This document shows, in pieces, positions 22,530-37,429 of a stretch of 64,000 nt of DNA. The DNA is taken from assembly GCA_015680685.1 (NCBI GenBank), contig MNCI01000673.1, positions 496,253 to 560,252 of the forward strand, written 5' to 3'. The first letter of the stretch is position 1; each line of letters begins with the position of its first letter. The notes under the pieces were generated by a model that saw only the letters and a program-made list of their open reading frames with translations, searched no databases and was not told where the DNA came from. Position numbers and translations under genes: made by a program. This DNA is from Gnetum montanum. Its lineage: Eukaryota > Plantae > Gnetophyta.

Positions 22530-23921
22530 TGAAAAACCATGAAAATTTCGAGGCCTCGATGGTTCAACAAAAAGCTGGTGATTTAGGCAAAGGGTCGCAA
22601 CAAGACATGGCACAGCAAGTTCCTTTTTAGATTAAAAGCCTGTCCTACCACACTACGTGACACAGCATAAATGAATTCCAGAAGACAGAGAAAAATGACG
22701 GGTGCACAGAGGCAAGTTTTTGACCTTTCAAATTCTCTATGTTCCGAGAACCTTAGCTTTTGGCATCTTACGCTACATTACGTAACATGGTGTAATGCAG
22801 CATAATTTTAGAAAGAAATCTACCACAACATCAATGACAGAAAATGCCCAAAAAAAAACTTTAGCAACACCTCAATTTTTTTTGCAAGTGCATTGTTTTA
22901 CGCTGAATTACACTATGAACCGTAATTTAGCATGGTGCAGCGTAATCTAGTATGGTGTAGTGTAATACAGGCATAGACAGAAATGACATAATATAAGCAT
23001 CACTGGTTCATGTGGTGCAATATGCTCTCCAGTGTATTGTAAAGTAATCAAGAAATTATCTGTCGTCGAAGCTCCAACAAGAGCAGTTTACGCCACATTA
23101 CGCTTTAGAGCGTAAGGTGGTGTGGCACCATAGACCTCAACAACCACCACATCAAGTCAATAGCATTTTGCAAATTCAAGACACACATCATCTAAACCAC
23201 GTCTTTCTATTGAATTTAACCTTATAAATGCTCTAGCTGATAAGGATCAAAGAGGGCAAAAAATTTCTCCTAAGATTAAACGAATTTTCTCTGTGATCGA
23301 TTTTTTCCCTTCTATTGATAATCGTTGACAGCCTTTGATAAGAGAACAAAGAGGATCAATAATCACAGGAAGATTGAAGGCGATTGGCAAGAATCTTCAG
23401 TTAGAAATAGCAGGTTGATAGACATTCTGCTCCAAACCGGCTCCCTTGTACACCGCTAGAACGAGGTAGATCGACCTTTGCTGGCTTCATGTTTGAACAG
23501 TTTTCTAGTTATTGGCATATTCTTTGCCCAGATCGAAGTCTTCTTGTAATAGTTATATTCAATATACTTTGTTCATGAGGTGAATCCCAGATCTCAAGAT
23601 TGCTCACGTCCTAAATCTGATCTCTTGTGCCTCATCTACACGAATCTTGCAAATCATCGTAAATCTATTTCATCGCTTTCAATTACCCGCTAAGTTAACA
23701 ATATCATATCTTCCTGTAAAGATCCATCATTTTATTATCCAAATATCACAAAATTATTTTTTTCTACTAACCAAGTAATTCCCTGTCTGATAGACAAGAC
23801 TGTCTAGGGCACCTCAAATTCATTTTCTCTCTAGCATGGCCTTCACACGAATCTGGGGTTAAAACTGTGTATGTGGACTTTCATTCGGTATTTCCAGTGA
23901 CCGACGTTTTCTGTCGTTACA
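22530..23921 (+). repeat. 3' LTR of element B
   Basis: Copy of 6193-7579; ends GTCGTTACA followed by TSD TTAGT. Confidence 0.95.
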
Positions 23922-23941
23922 TTAGTCACAACAATTTTTCT

Positions 23942-23958
23942 TGGTGCTTGAAGAAGAA
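23942..23958 (+). promoter_or_regulatory. Primer binding site (degenerate tRNA-Asn) of C
   Basis: TGGTGCTTGAAGAAGAA after the reconstituted LTR end. Confidence 0.7.
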
Positions 23959-24049
23959 CCTTCACCTAAATTGTATAGCTAGATCTACTCTTTTTGTTAT
24001 CATCTTGTAAGCTTTTTCTTGATTTTCACAGCCAAAACCTTTAAAAAAT

Positions 24050-24900
24050 CAATAGTAGTTCTTCCTCCCCTATGACCAAAACTATAGCATGGAAGTTGCA
24101 AGTAGTTGGGTTTTGGCTTTTTACAACATTTTCTATAAATTTTACAGCCTAAAGCCAATGTTGATATCTCTTTGCCCCCATTGTTTTTACTACCAAAATT
24201 TTATTTTCTAGCTTCTAAAAGTGGATGGTTCAACTCATCTATAAGTTTCCTTTTCCCCCATTTTTCCAAGTTGAGAAACTTAGTAGCTACCTAAAACCAA
24301 TTTTAGTGGAAAGACACCAACTTTCCACTTTGGTTTTCAACCTTTACTACCCATCAATGTTGAGGTAGGATGTGTGAGATTTCCATCATCTCACCCCTCC
24401 TTTCTTTTACCCTTTTTCAAACCCAACATGAAAGTATTTGGGAGGCCAATTTTGATGAAGTTTGGAACTAATTTAATAACCAAAACTCTCAAGGAATCCA
24501 ATGCTGGAATTATTGCATCACTCCCCCTCCCCCTCTTTATAGTAGAAACAGTAGCATGGAAGCTATAGGTGGTTTGGGTGTTGAAATTTCACAACATTTA
24601 TTGTGAATTCCTAGAGTAAAGCCAAAATGGAAGCCTTAATAAACATTTAATTTTTATTGCCATATTCTTTGCCACTAAACTAATGTTAGTTTCCATACCA
24701 ACCAAGCCAACTTTTCCCTCCTTTTCATAAAAGGAGTCAGCTTACCAAAACCATCTTTGGAAACTACCAAGTTTTCATTTTGGTCTCCAAACTTCCTCCT
24801 CCTCTCTCCCCATCCCTCTCCTCTCTCTAAAATGTTGGAATAAGAAGGTGTGAGATTTCATGATTAGTAAAGGGGTATGAAGCCAACATTGACAATATTC
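24050..24900. repeat. Degenerate ~465-bp duplication in the 5'UTR of C
   Basis: TAGCATGGAAG..TTTGG..ACAACATTT..AAAGCCAA at ~24085 and ~24552; GTGTGAGATTTC at ~24372 and ~24848. Confidence 0.6.
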
Positions 24901-25073
24901 CATTTTTAGTAAAGGGGTAAAGCTCCTCTTATCCCCCCACTTACTAATTATAGTAAGTACATAATTTTTTGTCATTCTTATTCCTTGTAAGAGGTTTTAA
25001 ATTTCATTTAATAGTATTTACTCCTATTTTACCATTTATAGCCTATTCTTAAGCGATCCTCAGCACCATAGCC

Positions 25074-28000
25074 ATGCCTTTTCAAAAGTCCACCAAATTT
25101 CCCTTCACCTACACTAGCAAAGATAATAACCAACACGTCATGAGGATGTATGATGCCAAAGATCCTATCATCATTGAGTGTAGGTGATCCTTGAGAGTTA
25201 GAGGGGAGATTCCTATGTTTTCAGCCATTAATGAAGACCATTATAACTTCATTTGTGCCAAAATATAGGTAAGTATGCTAATTTCATGCATTGAAGCTAA
25301 TGCCAAAAGAAAATTTGAGCTCATACACAAGGGTGGAAAAGAGTACATTCCTTCCCTATATGAAGAAATTCCTCTTAATGACATCTATTCTAGCATCCTA
25401 GCCTAATTGATTACCATAGAAGAGGAGGATGACTAGCCTACCTTTGGGGAAAAATAAGAAGAGGAGGATGAATTTAGGGAAAAATCTGAGCCTAAAGACA
25501 TCCTTAAAGGACTATTCCAACAAACATCAGCCAAAGTCATAGAACCTTTTTCTAATGCTTTTCTTTTTTCCATGGGCATGATGGCACCATCTTCTAGTCC
25601 TCCATACCCTACTATGGTAGATCCCACACCAGTTGTAGCCACACATCACACATAGTCAATGCCACAAACAACAAACTATAATACATGAATGTCATTTACA
25701 ATAAAGTCTTGATATGTAAAACCATCAATAGTGGCTTTTACCACCAGAAATCCATTAACTACTCACATGGAGTCCACCATGAGACCCCTAGCAACACAAG
25801 GATCACACACCACATTTATTCCGTTTGTGCCTCAAGTACTAGCACAAACATATTTTTTGTTGTTTGGCCCACAAGCCACAACCATAGCATGTCCTTTTCC
25901 TTCTATCATGAAATCCATAATAGGGCCATAATCCTCACAACATATGCCCCAACCTTATGTACAAACCTTGCAAACTATGGGACCATTGTAAGGCTTAGAT
26001 CAAGCCCTCAAAATGATCTAAGACCTAACAAAGGAGTTGAAGAGGCTTAAATCCTCAACCACACAAACTGTCAAGATTATGAACTTCTACTAAGATGATC
26101 CCATAAGTCCTGTATTCTCACCCTTGACACTTCCTCCTGGTGTCCTCATTCCCTAATTTAGAAAATATAATGGAGAAGGTGACCCCAGTGCTCACCTTAT
26201 TACCTTTTGATTTGAATGTTTGCTCTTGTAGGTATGGCCTCATGCCATCATGAGGATTTTCCCTATGTCTCTGACTAGGAAAGAACTTGATTGATATCAT
26301 GCATTGCCTAGAGGATCCATATTCTCTTTGAAGGATTTAGTATCCTAGTTTTTCATCTACTTTATGTATAACTTGAAGCTTGACACAATGTTTGACCAAC
26401 TCATGAAGGTCAAGTAGGGGTCCTTAGAACTTATACAAAAATTCATTCAGTAGCAGAAGGAAGTACTAAATGAAATACCAAAGCTCATAGCCAAAGCTGA
26501 CTTATTAGCCATATTCATGAAAGTAGTTAATGACTTCATTAAGTCTAAACACTACTACCATGATTCATAATATCTTAGCCAATCATTCTCACAAACTAAA
26601 AATATTGTGAATGCCATGAAGGCTAGCCATGATCCAAACTACATATCAAATAAAAACTAGCATAGTTGAAGAGACAAGGAAAAGAGTAAATAAAACAATA
26701 CTACCATAGCAACTATAACCAAGTAAGCCAAGACCATGAACCAAGGGCTAAAGGTCAACCTACCTAAGGCCACCAACAATGACCACGATAACCAACCATC
26801 AACTTCTAGGACAACTACATTGACAATAAGTAGATTAACTTCAAAATGAAGGATAGGTCTAAATATCCTACCTTCCCATTAAATCCATCTAAGTTGCTAG
26901 AGAAACTATTAATAAGTGAATTCATTCAACATAAATAATTGGTTGAAGTCACTTGAAAGAAATATGAGCAACTATGCAAAAGAGTGAAATATCCCACTTA
27001 GGCAATGAAGGATGATCCCTAGTTGTCTAGATACTTCAAGCTAGACCACTTATGCCATTATCATCAACTACTTGGTTATGGTACAAACTTCTACCTTGAA
27101 TTGAAGGATGACCTGCAAAGAATGATAGATAGGGGGGAATTGGTTTTAGATGCTTCTAACCTAGTTTAGCCACAAAACTAGTCAATTCAGATCTACAAAG
27201 ACCCTCTAAATAATAATGATAGCTTCTATGTTATCTCAGAATTCAACTTTAATGACAATCAAAGACCTACAAGAGAACCATTCATGATTCAAGTAATCCT
27301 CTATAATAAAAGGATTTCTTTAGCTTCCCATAGCTCAAGATCCCCTTTTGTTGTGAGTACCATCATGAATGTCTCCAAGGAAAACTTTTTTCATTAAGGT
27401 CTGCTAACCCAACACAACTCAAATAGCTATAGCCTAATCAATTGCACAATGACCCCCTATGATAGCCAATGCTACTACCTCTTCCTTATAGTGAATAGCC
27501 AACTACCAAAAACTTATAACTAATCAAAGTAAGAAGCTTAATCAAAAGCTTAATAACAAGTGGTATAAGTAGATAGAGGCATACAAGAAACTAGGCCCAT
27601 GGAATCCCACTCCCATTTTGGCTATACCCATGACCTCCTTTGCCCCATATCCTTTGACCAAGAAGCCATAGGAGGACATAAAGCCCTTAACCAAAAAAAT
27701 AAGGAAGAATCACAACAACCATAACCTAAAGTTGAAATCTACATTTTGGGATGCATAGAGGAAGTAACGCACAACTAGGATGACAAGCCCATGACCAACG
27801 ACAAAAATTTCCTTAGTGCAATGGACCAAGTTAGGTAATCACTCAAGTAGAAAAACAAAACCTTAATCTTATATGACCTATTTATAATTTTTGCTAGACA
27901 TTGTGAGGTGCTAGTCAAAATTTTGTCCTCCATACCCATTAGTGAGGATATTCCTACTAACAAGAAAGTCATCCATGCAGTGATGATTCCTCCATCACCA

Positions 28001-28708
28001 GGGAAGAAGAAGTCATCATCCTTAAGATTTCATAATAGTAAAATTAAGGTTAATCCTCCAAAAGGTGAACTGACTATAGCCACTTTATTTATAACCATAT
28101 GCATAGGAAAATTTAAAATACATTGGGTGCATCTTGATGATGGAGCTACAATAAATGTCATCCCATGCACCATCATTGAACACTTAGGCTTAATTAAGCA
28201 AGTACAGCCTACAACCACATACCTCTTAGGTCTTTCAATGTATTAAGAGTTTCCATAAAGGGGTCTATCTCCTTCAATTTTTAGCTAGGGAATAATTCCA
28301 TATAACCACAAATTTCTTGGTGGTGGAAGAGACACCAAGATTCAACTTGATCCTAGGAAGATCTCGGTTGGCTTAGTTACAAGCTATGTCCTTGCGCATC
28401 CATCGAGAAATTTACCTTTCTTACGAGGAAGGTGAAATCATCATTCATGATGAAAATGTGACTCCCCTAGCTATCAGCAACATGGACATAGAATAGGGGT
28501 CCAAAGTGGAGCTTTAGAAGAAGCTCCTAATCATGAAGAGAAAAAACCCAAGATAAGCAATGATGACAATGATAAGCAATGCAATACATTATGGGATGAA
28601 CTCCCTTTTAATATTGTAAGTGAAGGGGATCACTAATATAAGATTTTGTAGAATAGGCCTTACTCACTCTTTAATCTTGCAAAAATTAGGAAGGGTTTGC
28701 ACAAGTAA
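25074..28708 (+). pseudogene. gag: gag-protease remnant of element C
   Basis: EDHYNFICAK, KYNGEGDP, YHQLLGYGTNFY, protease WVHLDDGATINVIP, FNLILGRS; terminal TAA 28706-28708. Confidence 0.88.
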
Positions 28709-28894
28709 AGATCACCTTAACCTTTCCATCCACTAATAGCCATGTAGCCTTACTTGTCATTTATAGTTTATTACATATGCAATTGTTTTTTTATGCTTTA
28801 TGCACATAGCCAAATGCATGTATCATAAGTACAATAATCTTTATTTATTTTTACTTATGTTTTAAACATTAAAAATGCATGTCTTTTAGATAGT

Positions 28895-29045
28895 CCACTA
28901 TGACCTTAAACTAGTATTCTTGTCTACTAAGATGTTAAACTATCACTACAGTCTGCTAAGACTCTAAATTAGCGATATGGCCTGTCATGGCCTTGAACTA
29001 GCAAAACTATATAGCTTATGCCCATAATGGCCTAAAACTAGCAAA
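28895..29045 (+). repeat. ATGRCCTTAAACTAGCA motif array after gag of C
   Basis: Five copies (TGACCTTAAACTAG, GATGTTAAACTATC, GACTCTAAATTAGC, TGGCCTTGAACTAGC, TGGCCTAAAACTAGC). Confidence 0.75.
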
Positions 29046-29361
29046 CATCTCTTTTATTACTCTTTTCTTAGCCTATTATCACATTGATTAGTCATTTGAT
29101 TTTATATCCAAAAAACATCAACATAGCCATTTTCAAGGTTTACAACATTTACAATATTCACTACTACTATAGATGCATATATCCAAGAAATAAAACCAAA
29201 CATTTAAATTTAAAATTAAATGTCCATAACATATACAATCATAACCACAATGTTTAGTAATGATGCCAAAGACTAACCATCCATAACATAGTTTTGATTA
29301 ACCATAGTCATCAACATCAAAACAAAAACAAATATCCAACACATTAAACTAAAGGAGGTTG

Positions 29362-32300
29362 CTAAGTAGCATCTGGAGGAGGAAGTGGTGGATCATTTCC
29401 ACCCTGTTGGGGTCACCAATGTCTCTTGAGGCCTAAAATGGAACAACATATAGCTAGGTTGTAACCCATAGCCAAAATCATGACTCAAAATAAAGACTAA
29501 AACACAAAATATACCAAACTTACAAAGAGCTTGGCTCCATCACTTCTACTGGTAGATGGGGAAGGCCTTCCTCTAAATGATGGACGATCTGGTCCTTGAT
29601 CATGTTGATCTAGTTAGCATCACCAAGATCAATAGTAGAAAAAATGTTGGTCCTATCTATAGGAGTCCATGTAGGTGGCTTATGATTAACAATAGTTGTA
29701 GAAGTCTCACCTGCAATGGTAGTAACCTAAAGAGTAGGGGATTGCTCCACATTTATAGTACTTTTGAAAAGCTGATAAGCACTCTTTGCTTGGATCCCCT
29801 AAATGAATATCTCTATCTTGTTTCGTTGAATCAAATCTTCCTTAAACCCCTTTAAGTAGCCCACATGATAAGCCTTATACTAATAGTTGTGGGCCTTTTG
29901 GGTCTTGGCCCACTCTAAGACCCAAGCACAATGATCCTTCAATTCCTCAACCTTTTGGAAGATGAGGTTCATCTACATACATTATTCCACCATCTCCTAT
30001 AGGACTACTACTTTAGCCTAAATGACATGCTAGTAGCGGGCCCAAGTAATCTTCTTAGTCCATAACTACCCCAAGTTAGCCACTTGGTCTTCCACAAAGG
30101 CTTTATGGTCTCAAAGATTCCTAATTATATCCTACTTCCTTTGAGTCTTTTCCCTTAAGGCTAGAACTTCCTTTCACAGGAATTTGTTTAACCTCTCTAG
30201 TTCCCATGAAGCTTTTGTGCATGATATTGCTAAATTAGTGGTAGTGTTGTATAGCTTCATGGGTATACTAGACATATCAAAGGAAAGTCTAGGAAAGGAG
30301 TCTACCTCCATGTCTCTATTGGGATTCCACTCCATGGATAGTACTACAAAAACATAAAATATAATCATAAAACACAACCTTGAATAACTATAATGCAAGT
30401 AAACCCTATGATTAAAACACATAAAACAAAATCCTTACCTATCTCAGATGCAACTTGATACAGTTGATTGATGATATCCTTAGCCATCCCATATAAGAAC
30501 TCCACTTTGTCTAGAGTTTTAACCCATGGTTTCACATGAAAATTAGGGACAGAAGCTTGCACTAGTGGATCAAGAACTACTGTAAGCATGACAATCATCA
30601 AAAGGTTAGGATGATAACTGAATATAACCAATAAGATATAATAAAAAATAGTAAGAAATAAGCATACTTGGCTCCTTCTCCATTGGGATGATGATTGGAG
30701 ATGTACCTAGTATTGCCTCACCAAAAAAGGCATCTAAATCATCTTTACTTACATCGATAAGTCCTTCAACCATAGCTTTCTTTAGGAGTGGCTCTTCTGC
30801 ATGGCTTTGTTCTACCTCTGTAGTAGCTTGGGCTACTAGAACCTAACATTTATCTACAAGAACAACACATACAAAATTGGTTAACACTTCAAACCATAAA
30901 GTACCCACAAACTTTTAAAACATGAAATAGAAAAAATTAAACAATTCATACCTACAACTACCTATTGTCATGGTTTAAGCTTAAACATAAGCTCCTTCGA
31001 GGTAGGCTAATTTGATGCTAGGTGTGCCTCCTTCATAGGTCTCTTGAGTTTCTCTCTAGTTGCTACTTTGACCAACTTGCATCATCATCTGACATCTTAC
31101 AAACTAGCAAGAAATAAGAGGGGCTCATCATCATCAGTACTATCAGAAGACTTGTGTTTCCTAACATCAAGACTCTTAGTGGTGATGGATAATGTTTCAT
31201 CCATCCCCTTTGGTGGGTTTCCAGCCTACACTATTGGATAAATGAGCTTTATATAAGGCCTAGAAAGTTGTCTTAGATCTTGGGAAATTCATTGTCCATT
31301 CCTATACACCACTAGAAACTCCAAAAATCTCTTTAGATAACTTACAGAAAAAGCAAAGTGCATATGGATTATCATAGAGGTGTCAACACGGAGTCTAAAG
31401 ATCTCCTCTGGAAGCATAGTACCCAAAGTAGTAGCCCAATAAAATTTGATATCCTTCATTAAGACCTTCTTAAAGGTCCACCCTTGTGCTAGGTTAATTA
31501 CCTTTTTTTGTGATAGAAGTTTGAAGAATGCATAAGACCTAAAAAAAGGATATCATTCCTTTGCATTAAGGTTCATGAAGCTATCCATCAAAATTCAAGA
31601 GTGGCCCATGTTGGCATCAAGCCACTCTAAAACTTCACAATGGCCCGATTCCCTCACTATCCTAGTGGGAACCTTTTCCCCATAAACAACAATACCAAAC
31701 AAGTCATAAAAGAGGCCAGCAACTACCTCCATGTTTATCTTAACACCTTGGATGGTGCTAAAGCAAGTAACCTCATCATCAAAGAAATTAATGACATGTA
31801 GCGTCTTCGCAAAAGCAATGGAAGGGATAGGTGCCATAAATACATTAAGCAAACCTTCATGTTGTATTTTTTCTTGAACATATCTAGGTGCCTACTCCAT
31901 TAGCCACTCTTGTGCTAATGTCACATCACTAGACTTTAGGATGAGGGTGTCTTCATGACATGAACATGGAAGTAGTATAGTAACATCAGCTTTGGTGAAA
32001 GGACTTGTGAAGTAATAACCAAAGGTTAGCATCCATATGAACAATTTCAACAATCATGAAAATCAATAAAACACTAGAAACTATATGTTCACCTTTACTT
32101 CTTGTCTATGTTCTAGATGTTCTAGCTACAAGGATCCAATCTATGCTATTGGCATCCACCCACTAGCTGTGCATCATCCAATCATCTTTGCACCTTTTGT
32201 ATATAACATTAAACTTGGTGGCATATTCATCAAAGTCCCCTATTAACTATTCATACATAATAGTTTTGATTTGGGGACTCTTGGTAAATTTATCCAAAGT

Positions 32301-34496
32301 AATTTGAGCCATTGCCAGGATTTGATCATTGATGATGAAACCCTGATCAGTGACCTTGTACCTACAAGAAGTTGTAAAATCAATGAAGCTGGATAAGGTA
32401 ATCAAGAAAAAATTATAAAAACATTATAATAATCATGTTTACCCCTGTAGATGGTACATGGTGCTAGGTGGATTTTCGAATGATGTGTAGACTCTATGTG
32501 TCACCATTAGAGTATTGTTAGTATTATACTAACTATACTTTGGCATCGTCTAGATCTATGAAAGGTAATGTGAACTTATGGCATATCAATGGTCCCCTTG
32601 TAGTCTTCAAAACTAGCCTATGAGTAATATACTTGGTAATCAGGCTAGATGGCTAAGGCAACAGGGTCTCCACAATGACCACGACTATATCTAAGGATAA
32701 CTATAACCACAGCATTACACTAAAGTTCCTAAGAAGGTAGGTAAGCAAGTCCCTTGTCCCAAGTTGAAACCATAATGAGAGCTTTCCAAGAGGCATGGAA
32801 ATGGTGGAGTATTGGTCTTGGGATTACCAATGTAGCACAAAATACCAACTAGATCTACTATGATGAGAGTAGGAGTCAAGAAGACCACACATGAAACAAA
32901 ATAAAAACATTGTGACCAATTAGAATTTCTGAACAATTTAGATAAAACATCTAGTTAGAAGTGAAATTAGCCTTTGTAAAAAGCTCTAAGGTGTTTAATT
33001 GAATAGGCTTAAGGAATTCCACAAAAAGACATTATTACAACCTTTCAAAGCAAAAATGTTATAACCTATTAGAGTTAACAAATTTAGACAAAACATCTAG
33101 TCAGAGGTGAAATTATCCTCTATAAAAAGCTCTAAGGTGTTATCTGAATAGGCTTAAGGACTTCCACAAAAAGGCATTATTACAACCTTTCAAAGAAAAA
33201 ACATTATGACCTATTAGAGTTAACAAATTTAGACAAAACATCTAGTTGGAGGTGAAATTAGCCTCTATAAAAAGCTCTTAGATGTTCATCTAAATTAGCT
33301 TACAAAATTGCATAAAAGCATTGTTACCATATTTCATAGCCTTTATAGCTTAAACTATATCTTAGTCTAAATTATGCATAAATTTAGAAAAAGCATCTAA
33401 CTTATGCATAAATTTGAAAAAAAAAACATGTAAACTATGCACAAATTTAGAAAAAGCAAGATAAACTTAGAAAAATCCATGTAACCATAGTAAAATATTA
33501 TTTAAAATAATAAAAGCTTTTACTCTTATAGAAAAAGCATATCAACCACTTCTATTTTGGGTAATGTACTACAACCATGACTTTTGCCTTGATTCACACA
33601 GCCATAGCAAAAAATTTATAAAAAATTTGTTTTAAGTCTAATCGGAGTGACTTCACCCTATTGGGAAGCTAAAGCCAAAGACTATGTAGCTATGACTAGA
33701 AAATGGAAAAAACCATTTCCATTTTCATATGAAAATTTTACAAATCTACATGAAATTACAAAAGAGGCACAAATAACCTAACTACACAATGTTAGGGAAA
33801 TAGCCATAACTTCTTCATGTCAAAGTGAAATTAAATGAGAAAAGAACTATCAAAAAGCATTAAGAAAGGGCTACAAATGCATAACCTTTAATGTTACAAC
33901 TATTTAGCCATTTCACTGAGCAAAAATACACAACTTTACCTACTTTTTCATAGCAAACTTCAGAAATCTCAAAGCCTAAATTTCACATAGCCATTAAAAT
34001 GGTTGAAATAACCAAAACCATTGAAACCCATTTAAATTCACATCAAAATAATGCAGTAGGATTTTGTAAAAATTTAATTTTAACCAATACTGAGACACAG
34101 ATCTAAAAGAAATTTCCATACCCTAAGATTTTGAGAAAAAAGCATAAAATAGCAAGTCCTATTTCCAAAATCAAATATACAAAAGCTAAAGAAATTAAAA
34201 AAACATAGATCTAAATGGGAAAAGAAAAAAATACAAGATTGGATTTTATCAAAATTTCATTTTAATCACTCTAATAATGTAGATCTAAAAATATGGCTTG
34301 AACATTTGAAAAGAAAAAACCTAGAGAAATCACAAAAACCAAAGGCAAAAATAGGTAAAATTGCCTACCTTGGAGAAGTGACAAATAGGGCCTAGATAGA
34401 GATAGGCCTAGGAACCTTTAACAACTCCATAGAATGATCATACATCCTCTAGATTCTAGGATTTTTACCTTTTTCTCCTTTCTATTTGGATGCCAT
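29362..34496 (-). pseudogene. Antisense multi-exon accessory gene of C (homolog of 12353-16868)
   Basis: Exon 1 34496-34369 (MASK*KGEKGK, GTAGGC donor); NIF-like exon ~32890-32443 (LIIVDLVGIL...YNTNNTLMVTH...FENPPST); PMD-like ORF 31595-31852 (FYDLFGI...EVLEWL); coiled-coil exon ~30350-29530. Confidence 0.78.
32932..33330. repeat. ~145-bp tandem repeat (about 3 copies) in intron 1 of the C antisense gene
   Basis: AACAAATTTAGACAAAACATCTAG... at 32932, 33077 and 33222. Confidence 0.85.
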
Positions 34497-35420
34497 GGTA
34501 GGCTTAATGTTGAGGATGATGGAAACTATGAAAATATGGGAGTTCTATGTTGGCTACAAAGGAGATGGGAGGCTTCCATGCTGAAGATTGGTTGTGACTA
34601 CCACAAAACTTTCTGATAGAGCTCTCATCTAATGCATTGTTGTTGTATAATGATAATTATGATCAAAAATTACAAAACTTGACATATAATACTCATTCAA
34701 AACCTAAACACCCTAGCTACTAATTCAATGCCTCATAACTACAAGTGCATTGAAGAAAAAGGGGGAAAAGTCTAGTTCATGTTGGTTTTGCATGGGAAAC
34801 AAATTCACTTTTGAAAATTTTAAATTTTGGAATTTTGGGCCCCATGCTACACCTCCACTTTGGACCAAAGCTTGCATCAACACTAAGATTGTTTCCAATT
34901 TTGACACTTAAAACAACATGTTAACATTATCCCTATACATCCACATTGAGAATACCATGACCAACATGGAAGCATGTTTATCATTGTACAAATTCATTAT
35001 ATTTAAAAATATCTTTCTATTTTTGGTAACCCAAGCCTACCTTTTTCAACCCCCAAGTTTCCAAAATTGGACAAAACATGAGCAAGGCTAAGTACCATGG
35101 ACTTCAATGTTGGGGAAATAGTGCCTAGTGTGGAAGAAGGGTGGTAACACTTACTATTACCTCCCAACACTCATCTAGCATAATTTTGACCCCAAAGTGG
35201 ACCCCACATGATCTAGAATTCCTCCAAGTATTTTTGATAGCCTTGAAACCTCAGCAAACCTTGGTAAAACTAGTCAAAACTTGTCAAAATCTAGGATTTG
35301 GTACTTTCAACATGGGGGAAAGATTTTCCTATGCTAAGCCTCTTACCCTTAGCATGGAGAGATGGGGGGAAGCTAAAAATGATATAAATTGATGATATAA
35401 TGATCACCTTGATGCCTAGT

Positions 35421-37429
35421 TGTAACACCACTAATTTTGGGCCCTTGTCACTCAGCATCAGAGCATTGAAACTTGGGAAAAAATTCTCTAAGCCTAATGT
35501 CACACTATGCTACGTAGATAGCATGGCACGTTGGAAGTCCTAATGCCTGAAAAAAATTTTCTAAGTCTATCTACTACGCTCCTTAGCATAGTCGGTGTAG
35601 CACCTATTTCCAAGGCTAGTTTGCACAAAAAGGACACTGAGGATGGATTGAACAGTTCAACAAATTTTCTATATTTTGGGCCATCAATCTTGCTACACTA
35701 TTTAGCTTGCCTAGCTTGACACATGTCTTGGTTTCCAGTCCATCCAAATGCCAAGCTAGGAGGTGTCAAAAATGCTTAGGATGTACTAAAAAATTTGGAA
35801 AATTTTCAATCTTTGGACCTGCTACACTCAGCTATGCTGCAAAGTGTAGTAATAAGCCATGTAGGACTAAAATTTTCCTAAGTTCTAGACCAAACATGGA
35901 AGGAACATTTGGCAATTCTTTGACCTCCAAGACTACCTGTCATACTTCATCCTCAAAGCTTGATCATCATCCCATGGGAAAGCATTGCAAGTTTGATCAA
36001 GATTCATTCAAAATTGGGTGTCACCCTATGCTACATTGCATAGCGTAGACAACGTAGTAGTGGTTTCAAGACCAAAAATTTTCCAAGTATGAAACAAGGA
36101 GGTATCAAGCTCTTTTAACATGGAAGATGCATGTGTTGGCCTCTAAAAAATGTGTGCCTTGCTAAATTCCAATACGGTAATTCTTTCAAAATGGATGCTA
36201 CACTCTACTACGATGTTTAGAATAGATAGCATAGTAGGATAGGATTGCAAAATTGTTTTAAGTGTTCACACCACGCTTCGTTACATTGGGTAGCATAGAT
36301 AGCGTAAAACTTGGAAAAGGCCTTTGAATGGTTTTAAAAGCCCCCAAAACTTAGCATCATCCCTCATTTTAGCTCTAGCATCTCTTTAGTGGTCAAGATT
36401 AGTGGTTTGCTTTGTTGTTGGACCCCTTGTTGATCCCCTAAGTTGTTCCTAGACTTGATCCTACTCAGAAGAGTAGGGAAGATGTAGTCCTAAAGCATAA
36501 GCTCCAATTTGCATTTGTTCTAGGAATTGTTGTAAGTACATGGTAGTTCCTCAGACTTTGGCACATGTAGTTTGGGCAATATGGTCACATTTGGTAGATT
36601 TTTAGTCTCTATTCTTGTCCTTTAGAGCGTAGCACCATTGGGCATAATACTTTGAGTGTAGCACATCAACGTGACACATTCATGATTATGCTACATGGGG
36701 CCTAGGACACATGGCATCTAGACCATGTCTCCCCAAAAACCTTGGCTCTATAATTACCCTAGTAATTAACATTCTAAGGGTTGGCTTCTGCAGTTGGCTT
36801 TGGCAAGTGATTGGCAAGCAAAAGGTTGATGAGTGGCAAAGCTTAGTATTAAGAGCATTCCTAATGTCTGCCTCACTCCTACACTCAAATGTGACACGAG
36901 CACCTCACACACATATAGCATAGCAACTACCAGCCTAGCAAGCTTTAGCTCCTTATTAGTATCACTAAATTTGCAATGACCCAGGAACTATGACCATGTT
37001 ACCTTGATGACCAGCTATGCCTATCTAACATTATGTACCAATTGTACACATCATTTGATCAAAAGTCACATCCCCTAATCTTGGGGTAGTGCATTTCCTC
37101 ACTTACACTCTCATTTTATATTTTCATAGCACATATTTTAAATTTTTAGTGTACCTATTTATTTTTATTATCATGATGCATGCATGTTAATACTCTCTCA
37201 CTATTATGCATGTTGTGTTCCTTCTTATTTCAACTCCTATGCATGATGCTCTAAAATGATTATTTGAAAATGGTTATTGGACACCATGTAAGTCCCTTAC
37301 TAATTGACTAGACAGTTCAAGGTGCCCCATTTCTATTTTCTCTAGCATGGCCCTCCTATGGATTTCAAGTTATACTATGCGCTTGTTGACCTGTTAGTGT
37401 TCCAGCCACTAACATTTTTCGATGCCATA
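35421..37429 (+). mobile_element. Solo LTR D (~2.0 kb) of a related Tat family
   Basis: Starts TGTAACACCACTAATTTT (compare F, TGAAACACCACTAATTTT); last ~150 bp homologous to the end of B's LTR; perfect 5-bp TSD CTAGT at 35416-35420 and 37430-37434; no PBS or PPT. Confidence 0.88.

Larger units (their letters stand above)
6193..23921 (+). mobile_element. Element B: full-length (~17.7 kb) Tat-type Ty3/Gypsy LTR retrotransposon, decayed
   Basis: Paired TG...CA LTRs (6193-7579, 22530-23921); 5-bp TSD TCAGT/TTAGT (one transition); PBS, PPT, gag-PR, antisense cassette and RT-RH-aRH-INT all present. Confidence 0.96.
23927..34600 (+). mobile_element. Element C internal region (LTR end, PBS, long 5'UTR, gag-PR, antisense gene); no pol or 3' LTR found
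   Basis: LTR end CACAACA, PBS at 23942, gag-PR 25074-28708, motif array, antisense gene 34496-29362; right boundary uncertain. Confidence 0.8.
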
